A stretch of DNA of 64,000 nucleotides from positions 118,422,001 to 118,486,000 of the forward strand of contig NC_087436.1 of the NCBI RefSeq assembly GCF_036321535.1, written 5' to 3'. The translations under genes and the position numbers were made by a program. Shown in pieces: positions 58,601-64,000 of the stretch. The stretch is from Camelus dromedarius (taxonomy: Eukaryota). Position 1 is the first letter of the stretch; each line of letters begins with the position of its first letter. Under the pieces are notes generated by a model, which was given only the letters and a program-made list of their open reading frames with translations, was not told the DNA's origin and made no database searches.

Positions 58601-58710
58601 CTCCATCCCCTTGTCCTGCTAAAACAACGAAAAATCAACCAAAGGGAGAATTTACCTGTCGTCTTAAAGTGAGAGCTCTCCACACTGGGCCACATCATAG
58701 GGGGCAAGTC
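1362..58710 (-). CDS. EVC2: EVC2 (limbin) partial multi-exon gene, exons 2-11 of a type I ciliary membrane protein of the EVC-EVC2 Hedgehog complex
   Basis: Ten exons splice in frame to give [33 protein letters not shown]...[23 protein letters not shown]...[20 protein letters not shown]...[15 protein letters not shown]...[26 protein letters not shown], matching recalled mammalian EVC2; exon sizes 55/167/69/(187 or 175)/110/54/135/137/325/240 follow the recalled human structure. Confidence 0.97.
1628..1905. repeat. Degenerate (CA)n/CATG low-complexity tract next to the exon 11 acceptor
   Basis: cacacacatgcacac-type repeats; source of the spurious long H/T and C/V-rich ORFs. Confidence 0.85.
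2339..2851 (+). mobile_element. Solo ERV LTR (ERV1-like), copy 2 of the same family
   Basis: Shares long blocks with 539-1058 (ggctctaaccctgtgctctgttgcctgtgctc; tgttggaggtttacagggacacc; aaaaggagcctgaattctgac); aataaa ~2762. Confidence 0.85.
4248..4452 (+). mobile_element. MER58-like hAT-Charlie non-autonomous DNA transposon
   Basis: gtcagcaaacttttcagtaaagggccag...aaaaacaggccgggccggactgggc...tagtttgatgaactcc matches recalled MER58 ends. Confidence 0.7.
4690..5124 (+). mobile_element. MLT1 (MaLR) solo LTR
   Basis: ccccagaacctgtgactgtgact...ttttgcagatgtaat...ggaagaggcaaggaa...tggcctccagaactg...gaagttgataca. Confidence 0.8.
5816..5887. repeat. 24-bp minisatellite (cgctgacatcacatgacacacgca), ~2.5-3 copies
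   Basis: Unit starts at 5827, 5851, 5875. Confidence 0.9.
6125..6420. repeat. Degenerate (GGAT)n simple repeat just downstream of the exon 10 donor
   Basis: ggatggatggatagatgga... Confidence 0.9.
6478..6802 (-). CDS. EVC2: EVC2 exon 10 (325 nt): [32 protein letters not shown]...[13 protein letters not shown], coiled-coil region
   Basis: Acceptor gtgcttcccag, donor gtaagg; phase 2 to 0; inside ORF 6028..6822. Confidence 0.97.
7190..7440 (+). mobile_element. Old L1 (L1MC/L1MD-like) 3' fragment
   Basis: ctaaatgcagtgtagcatcctgg...ggaacagaaaaaggacat...tctaaaactgctctaaaa; similar piece at 62950-63290. Confidence 0.65.
7881..8066 (+). mobile_element. tRNA-derived SINE, camelid Vic-1-like
   Basis: ggggagggtagagctcggtggtagagc (A box)...ccccagtacct, A-rich tail with aacctaattacccc; TSD aaactgtaaaag/aaactgcaaaag. 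Confidence 0.8.
10463..10895 (+). mobile_element. MLT1E/F-like MaLR LTR
   Basis: gtggtaggcagaataat...ttgaagatgga...ccagggaatgtgggcagcctc...ttttaagccaccaagtttgtggtcatttgtcacag. Confidence 0.75.
11771..11869 (-). mobile_element. tRNA-derived SINE, camelid Vic-1-like
   Basis: Reverse complement reads gggggagggcacagctcagcggtagagcacgtgcttagc...gagttcagtcccc; direct repeat ctgcacttta at 11761 and 11881. Confidence 0.8.
14856..15285 (-). mobile_element. MLT1 (MaLR) LTR; a second partial copy at ~14424-14530
   Basis: gagtggcttaaaacaacagaaattt...cagttctggaggccagaagtctaaaatcaaggtgtc...ttaacttaattacatctgc. Confidence 0.8.
20089..21314 (+). mobile_element. Internally deleted Tigger1-type DNA transposon interrupted by an L1 fragment
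   Basis: 5' part 20089-20540 (acctcgttttatt...ctcactttaaatcaaaagc) and 3' part 21126-21314 (agactacagtataatatgaacataactttt...aaaaaattcatgtgactcac) match recalled Tigger1 ends. Confidence 0.75.
20551..21125 (+). mobile_element. L1 3' end (artiodactyl-type 3' UTR), 5'-truncated
   Basis: aatggaatactactcagccataaaaaagaatgaaataatg...ctgtagagcacagggaactatactcaatatc...ttgtaaatcaactccacttcaat. Confidence 0.85.
21340..21474 (+). mobile_element. tRNA-derived SINE, camelid Vic-1-like
   Basis: ggggaaggtatagttcaagtggtagag...ggtcctgggttcgatttcc (B box); TSD aaaagcctcagt/aaaagcctcaat. Confidence 0.85.
22670..23275 (+). mobile_element. Solo ERV LTR (ERV1-like)
   Basis: TG...CA termini (tgagatagg...ctgaacca), 4-bp flanks catt/cgtt, typical ttcttccctgcgagaagccaaggaac U5-like motif. 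Confidence 0.75.
26614..32760 (+). mobile_element. Near full-length decayed LINE-1 (~6.1 kb), antisense to EVC2; ORF1 ~27400-28280 and ORF2 ~28739-32400 broken by stops and frameshifts
   Basis: ORF1 remnant [17 protein letters not shown]...PARLSF; endonuclease start [18 protein letters not shown] motifs GCPLSP and [18 protein letters not shown]...AWYWHKNR; A-rich tail. Confidence 0.95.
33358..33494 (-). CDS. EVC2: EVC2 exon 9 (137 nt): [45 protein letters not shown](E)
   Basis: Acceptor ttctcctgcag, donor gtaaga; phase 0 to 2; one codon shorter than recalled human exon. Confidence 0.95.
33766..33860. repeat. (CAT/CAC)n simple repeat
   Basis: catcatcatcaccgccatc...accatcatcaccatcacc. Confidence 0.85.
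35150..35455 (+). mobile_element. LTR16-like ERVL LTR fragment
   Basis: tttcctgggatcacttcccc...tcctggtctcaggatgtgcttctgtgggaacccagagcaagaca matches recalled LTR16 3' end. Confidence 0.65.
36178..36312 (-). CDS. EVC2: EVC2 exon 8 (135 nt), transmembrane helix: [45 protein letters not shown]
   Basis: Acceptor ccccgtag, donor gtggga; hydrophobic ~21 aa stretch followed by basic residues. Confidence 0.95.
42910..43451 (+). mobile_element. MER68-like ERVL solo LTR
   Basis: tgtgcagaaag...gctggcatctgggaac...gaacctgggggtggtctgggaaccctgacaca; 5-bp flanks ctacc/ctagc. Confidence 0.8.
44117..44170 (-). CDS. EVC2: EVC2 exon 7 (54 nt): [18 protein letters not shown]
   Basis: Strong polypyrimidine tract and ctttttctag acceptor, donor gtaaga; resembles human NRTQLKVLFSITAEENVT. 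Confidence 0.92.
44820..44866. repeat. Imperfect (GGC/GGT/GCA)n trinucleotide repeat
   Basis: tggcggtggcggtggtggcagcggcagcagcggtggcggtggcggt. Confidence 0.8.
47608..47978 (+). mobile_element. MLT1A/B-like MaLR LTR
   Basis: tgttacaggctgaataacgtcccc...acctcagaatgtgactgt...gaggacacagggagaagacggccgtcta...ccagcccccagaatggtga. Confidence 0.8.
48280..48389 (-). CDS. EVC2: EVC2 exon 6 (110 nt): (V)[36 protein letters not shown]
   Basis: Acceptor tctctgaacag, donor gtattg; phase 1 to 0; resembles human VGDAFAVSYAATLQ...LPAQLTFQSSS. Confidence 0.92.
49555..49692 (+). mobile_element. tRNA-derived SINE, camelid Vic-1-like
   Basis: ggggcagggtatcactcaagtggcagag...ggtcctgggttcaatccccagtacctcc...aacctaattactcccc + A tail. 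Confidence 0.8.
50880..51066 (-). CDS. EVC2: EVC2 exon 5: (VSSQ)[58 protein letters not shown]; 187 nt by homology, 175 nt (50880-51054) if the downstream CAG is used
   Basis: Donor gtaaga canonical; homologous acceptor reads ctgtcttGG; in-frame cag acceptor at 51055-51057. Confidence 0.9.
52000..52304 (+). mobile_element. L1 3' UTR fragment
   Basis: gttaccaaaggggaaaaggg...cactttgctgtacacctgaaactgacacaacattgtaaatcaacta + A-rich tail; same family as 20551-21125. Confidence 0.85.
52312..52874 (+). mobile_element. MER77/MER21-group ERVL LTR
   Basis: tgtgcagtaaagggttaactcagcaggc...gaacctgagggtggtcttagggacctcccaacaca. Confidence 0.75.
53233..53301 (-). CDS. EVC2: EVC2 exon 4 (69 nt): [23 protein letters not shown]
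   Basis: Acceptor gattgtag, donor gtaagtg; near-identical to recalled human [23 protein letters not shown]. Confidence 0.95.
54612..55486 (+). mobile_element. MLT1 LTR interrupted by a nested MLT2-type LTR (~54849-55274)
   Basis: MLT1 5' half (gaatgtgaccttatttggaa) and 3' half (ttggacttccacttccagaattg...ctaggaaactagtaca) separated by MLT2 motifs gggtgggcctcacccaatcagtt and ttctctggagaatcctaataca. Confidence 0.75.
56188..56354 (-). CDS. EVC2: EVC2 exon 3 (167 nt): (V)[55 protein letters not shown]
   Basis: Acceptor ctctttgcag, donor gtaagta; phase 1 to 0; inside ORF 56053..56367. Confidence 0.93.
57192..57808 (+). mobile_element. L1 3' end, 5'-truncated
   Basis: ggaatactactcagccataaaaagaataaaataatgcc...atggatggacctggagat...polyA. 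Confidence 0.85.
58656..58710 (-). CDS. EVC2: EVC2 exon 2 (55 nt): [18 protein letters not shown]+G
   Basis: Acceptor ttattttag, donor gtaaat; phase 0 to 1; resembles human DLPCMIWPKVECCHFKTA. Confidence 0.9.
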
Positions 58711-60227
58711 CTAAAATAATTCAAAAGACACAAAGGCATGAATGAAGACATGCTTGTAATAAGTGGTTAAAGTCACTTTTATAAAGGAGATGAGTTGCAT
58801 CTCTTTTATCCAGAATCTGATGTAAATTTTTCCAAGTTGACCACCCCCCGAGCTTTGAGCACAGATTACATAGCTTCATCTCTGGGCACTGTCCAGGGAG
58901 GCAGCACTGAGCCATGGAAATTCCATATAATCAGACAGACCTGGGTTTGCACCCCAGTTGCTTTTCACTAACCCTGTGATGCTGGGGGAACCTCAGGCTC
59001 TGAATTTCCCTGCAAGTTTTCATGGAGGAGCACGTAAAACACTAGCCTGAGGACCCGGAGAACTGGATTCCAGCTGGAACCATTTACTCGCTGTGTGTCC
59101 TTGCCCAAGTCTCACAACCTCTGCAAGCCTCAGATCCCTCCTCTGAAAAGTGTGGACCTCGAAGCCTCCTCCTAGCTTGCTTCACCTCATCCAATGATGA
59201 AAACTTGTCCAAACGGGACCCAGCCAACCCCTCCACTCCACCTTGGTGCAGTACTGAGCCCTGGAAAGGCCCAGACCCCTCCACCACAAAATGGCAATAA
59301 TAACAGTAATCATCATCACCATTAGGATGCCGTGGCTAGGGCCCTTGAAATGGGCCCGGCCCAGCACCGTGCACTCCAGGTGAATTACCAGTGATCTTCG
59401 TGATAACCCAGTGGCGTGTCATCCTCATTTTATGATAAAGTCTCACAACTCACTCCAGGTCCCACAGGTAGTAGGTGGTGGAGACTAGCCTTGAACCCAG
59501 ACAACCTGGTTCTGGACATGCTGGATCTACGTAATGGAAGGGGAAAGGATGCACACAGGCAGGGAAGATGGTGAGAGCTCAGGGGGATGCTCAGGCCTGG
59601 CTTTGGGTCTGGTTCCGATGCCGATTCACGTGGCCGATGTTTAGAGGGGGTCAGACATTGTGGAAAGCACGAGATTCTGTGGGATTGAAAGGGAATTTCT
59701 GCGCTACTGTGTTTGTCTGCTTAGAAAGCTTTCCCCACGGCCTTGCTCGTGGTCTGAGTAAGCCTGTCCCCTTGGCCACAGAGTGGCTGTGCTCTGGCCG
59801 GATCCTCACAGGCCCCCAGTCCCTGGACTGTCCCCAGCCAAGGCCACTCTGCTGGGCTGACGAAAGCAGCTTTCCCAGCTGCATGACCAGGCCCATCCAC
59901 AGGGCTGGAATATGACACCCGCTGCTGGAGGGACGCAGATGGAGTGACGGGACACACAGGTGAGGACACAGGCCTAAGGTGAGAACAAGGAGGAGGAGGG
60001 TGCAGCTAAACCCAGCCAGTCATGCCCTGAACCCACCCAGGACTCCCAGTTTACGGAGCCAGAGTTTGGATCTCAGCTCGTTCATATGGTGCTTCTGGGA
60101 TGGGCAGCCTGAAGAATCCTATTTAAAAGAGTGAATTCTCCTACAGAGTACTATGCAGCTGCTAAAAAGGAAGAAGTGGTATGATCCAGCAAGTCCCCTT
60201 CCAGGGTGTACTGCACTTTTTTAAAAC

Positions 60228-60515
60228 TTTGAATAAATAAGTATATAAATAAATATATAGAATAACTTAATGATACATAATATTTATAATATTAATAACA
60301 TAATAAAATACTGCATATTATATGATATAAATAATATAATATAAAATATTATATAAGACATGACATAAATAACAATAAAAATAAAATTAAATAACGTAGT
60401 AACATATTACATAAGAAATAAGAAATAATTCCTAATATATCAATACATAGTAAAATAAAAATAATATATAATATGTGTAATCATAGTAATAAATAAATAG
60501 ATAAATAAATAAACA
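60228..60515. repeat. AT-rich low-complexity tract; a second one at ~61550-61800
   Basis: Almost pure A/T (aataaataa, atataat). Confidence 0.85.
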
Positions 60516-60934
60516 CAAGTTCACATTTTCCTGCTGCCCTGACACCCCCACGATCAGATCATGAGCCCCCTCCCAGATGCCCAGCGGCACCAGGGTGAGA
60601 AGGCGGGTCCGGCCACAAGCTCCCCTTCCTGCCCTCTTGACTGCGGTCTCGTGACGAAGGCACCAGGGAAACACCCTTCTGCCCTTTGCTTACACACTCC
60701 CCTGACCCCCGATAAAGGCGCCGGCCCACAGGTCCTCCAGCTGCCTCCACTCCTGGCTGAGCAACCCCCAGCCCCGCCCTGGCCCCGGGTGTAGTATGCC
60801 TTAGGCGTGGTGGATGTAATCAATCTTCCACTTTCGTGCGCCTCTTCGGGGTGTTACTCTGTCTCCACACCTGACTGATCATCAAAACACCCCATTTAAG
60901 CTACATGATTATTCCTTACAGCATGTAGGGACTT

Positions 60935-61445
60935 ACCCAAAAGGACTGAAAGCAGGGCCACAAAGAGCTATTTGTACATTCATGTTCACAGCAGCATTAT
61001 TCACAAAAGACAAAAGGTGTAAGCAACCTAGGATAGATGGATAAGCAAAAGTGGTCCAGGCATACAAGGGACTATGATTCAGCCTTAAAAAGGAAGGAAA
61101 TCTTGTCACCTGCTGTAGCAAGGATGAAACCTGAGGACACCAGGCCAAGAGAAATAAGCCAGTCACAAAAAGACAGAGTGTATGACTCCGCTTGCGGGAG
61201 GTCTGTCAAATTCAGAGACAGAGATAGGATGGCGGCTGCCAGGGACTGGGGGAGGTGGGATGGGGGATTGTTGATTAAGGGGGACAGAGCTTCAGTTTCA
61301 CAAGATGAAAAGAGCTCTGGAGATGCGAGTGCAGGACTGTGAATGTATTTACCGGTGCTAAACTACACGCCTAAAAACGGTTACCGTGGTCAATTTTGTG
61401 ATGTGCATTTTACCACACTTACAAACATGAATAAGCAAATAAACA
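60935..61445 (+). mobile_element. L1MB-like 3' end
   Basis: catgttcacagcagcattattcac...gaaataagccagtcacaaaaagaca...gggacagagcttcagttt...gatgaaaagagctctggagat. Confidence 0.8.
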
Positions 61446-61981
61446 AATGTGGCAGATCTATGTTTACCTAGAGGAAACTCTAACATATGTCAAGTGAAGT
61501 CAGTAGGTTGAAAAATTATGACTAATATGATGCTGTTTAAGAAAAATGGCATTTTTATACATTGAATATATTAGCATACATTTACAATTATATATTATGT
61601 ATTTATCTCACATACTTTTCATATAAATCACATTTGTTTATAGTTACTTTATTATATATACTTATGTGTTTATGTATTTAATAATTTGGAAGATGTATAT
61701 AGATATTTAATAACATATTTAATACTAGTTATACATTTAATAAGTAATTACATATTTAACAGTATAAAATATAATATCATATATCATAACTTATTTTTAA
61801 AAGCCTAGCAAGGTGTACGCTGAAGTGTTAGCCTTGGGGACCTTGGGGAACGAGGGTGTGAGCAGCCAGCGGCTGGAGACTCCCTTGCCTGCAGGCCACC
61901 CGTATTGCTTCATTTCTGGCAGGAGGAGAATCACACCCATGCGTCATTGCAACAACAATAATAACAAAGACTAAGTGATGG

Positions 61982-62518
61982 TGTCAGGTAGTTAGATAAG
62001 TGGGGGCACCGGGCAGATAGGTGGAGGTCAGGGAGGATGGTCTGGAGGATGGCAGTATGCCTACCTTCAGCATAAAGGAACTTTTACTTCCACTAAATGA
62101 GTGCCAGCAAGAAACTGGTTAGAACCCGAAAGCCCTCACTGTGCAGTAGCGTTGAGGACCTAACCGGACATGACCTAATGCTCACTGTAATGTAATTAGC
62201 ATGGCGGTTTGGGCCCCCTTGTGGGCTTTCCTATGTGCATCATGGGTAAGGACATGCACCAAACGGGACGATCATGACCAAGCACTCCAGGGGCAAGAGC
62301 TGCCAATCAACCAAGAGACCACCTCTAAGCGAGGGTACAAGACAGGGGGCCAAACAAAGACCACTGCCGTCGGCCCCTGGATCAGCCCGCACCCCGTTCT
62401 TGGAGGCGTACTCCTCCTTTGCTAAGAAAACCTTTAAAATCTTTTGCTCCCGTCTGAATTCTTCTCTTTCAGGTAAGACAAAAACTGAGGTCTTTTTCCT
62501 TCCTCTTTTAGGGTAACA
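61982..62518 (+). mobile_element. Solo ERV LTR (ERV1-like) with perfect 4-bp TSD
   Basis: Termini tgtcagg...gggtaaca; ATGG on both sides; CCAAT at 62303. Confidence 0.85.
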
Positions 62519-63877
62519 ATGGGAGTCATGCCTGTTCCTTTGGGGTCTCCCAGGTCCCTCATGCCCAATGCAAACGTTGTCCCCAAGTCCTTCTGGAACA
62601 GGTGTGTGTGGCCAGGACAACCACTAGTCTATAGTCTTCCACAAGGTAGAAAGAGGTGCCTCTTCTTCAGAAGAAGAATGCTGCGTGTCAGACACTGATG
62701 TGGATGGAATATGTTTTTGCTGCCATCTGGCAGGAAAAAAATCTTAAGAACATCCATCCAGGCTGCTCCTTCTAACACACTGACCTCCTTCTAACAAGTA
62801 CAGTGCAGGCTGGTTTCATGGTGGAGAAATGCTAGTCCAGTCAAGAGTTCAAGGTCAACACCAACAGTAATGAATCAGGTTGCTAGCACATACTCAGACA
62901 AATTCCAGCAGACGGCACCCTACAAAATCCCTGACCAGTCCTCCTCCAGACTGCCAAGGTCATCAAAACAAGAAAGTCTGAGGAACTGTCCCGGCCGAGA
63001 GGCGCCTACATGGGATGCATGTCCTGGATGGGACCCTGGGACAGAGGACGTTGGGCAAAAAAAAAAAAACTAAGGAAATCCAAATAAACTATGGACTTTC
63101 ACAATAATATATCAATTATATCAATCAGTTAGACCATTAACTGCAATAAATGTACTTTACTAATGTAAGATGTTAATAATAAAGGAAACTGTGTGCATTG
63201 GAGGGGATACATATGAATTTTCTTTACCATGTGTACAATTTTTCTAATATCTAAAGCTGTTCTAAAAACTGAAATCTGTTAACAAAAAAACAAACACCTA
63301 AAATTCATTTGTGAGGTCTCTGGGGTGAACGGTGGCGCCATGGTGCACCCCGCCCCCACACAACCATCCACCTGTGCCGCCCCTGCCCCTGGAACTTTCC
63401 ATCCATTTTTTCACCCAGCATCTTACGCACAGCAGGCTCTGTGCTAGGCACCACGTGGTGAGCAAAGCAGACGCTGCCCAGACCCCCAGAGGGACAAAGG
63501 CCTCCTTCCCGACAGAAGGTTCTACTCGAGGGGGAGGGGCAGGATCCCAGGTTCCCAGGGAGCCCCCTGGTGGCCCTAGTGCCAGGGACACTTGGCTGTG
63601 GCTCCCTGAGGTCTCACAGGTTCCTAGCGGTCACTAGCTTGAGGGTGCCTCTCCGGGGGCTCCTTGGCCACCGTGAGCCGCCTGCTCCCACAGAGACCAT
63701 GCCAGCTGCCAGTCAACATCATCCTCCAGTGTCCAGCCTTCCCCTCCTGGTGATCCCTCTCTCCAGGGTGACACAGCTCCTGACAAGGTCACCATAACGT
63801 CTATAAGGCCTCATGTCATGGCCAGGTCTCCACTCTTACTGCACACGACTCACCACCAGCAGCCCTGGATGTGTGAG

Positions 63878-64000
63878 TGTCTTAGCATCCCACAGCTGCC
63901 GTAACAAACCACCACAGACCGAGTGGCTTAAAACCAACACACGTTTATTACTGTACTGTTCTGGAAGTCACGAGTCCAACGTGGCTCTCACTGTGTTAAA
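63878..64000 (-). mobile_element. MLT1 LTR 3' end, truncated by window edge
   Basis: gctgccgtaacaaaccaccacagaccgagtggcttaaaaccaac...gttctggaagtcacgagtccaa. Confidence 0.7.

Noticed and set aside
58711..64000. EVC2 exon 1 and the shared EVC/EVC2 bidirectional promoter
   Set aside because: No CpG island or signal-peptide exon visible; expected beyond the window end

Overview
Mammalian genomic DNA, most likely camelid: it carries four copies of a tRNA-derived SINE resembling the tylopod Vic-1 family. The window lies inside the EVC2 (limbin, Ellis-van Creveld syndrome 2) gene on the minus strand. Ten consecutive coding exons, equivalent to human exons 2-11, can be placed to the base between 58710 and 1362 with consistent phases; exon 1 and exons 12+ are outside the window. 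Introns are filled with transposable elements: a ~6.1 kb decayed LINE-1, several L1 3' fragments, ERV1/ERVL solo LTRs, MLT1/MLT2 LTRs, a Tigger1-type and a MER58-type DNA transposon, MIR remnants and simple repeats. Main oddities: (1) the expected exon 5 acceptor reads GG instead of AG, with an in-frame CAG 12 nt downstream; (2) two same-orientation copies of one ERV LTR flank in-frame exon 11; (3) short intronic patches (~12.2-12.6 kb and ~41.1-41.6 kb) lack the normal mammalian CpG/TpA depletion in a codon-phased way, as if foreign or re-coded. Human EVC2 comparisons and repeat family names are from memory, not from a database search. I cannot support a claim of a genuinely new biological system.
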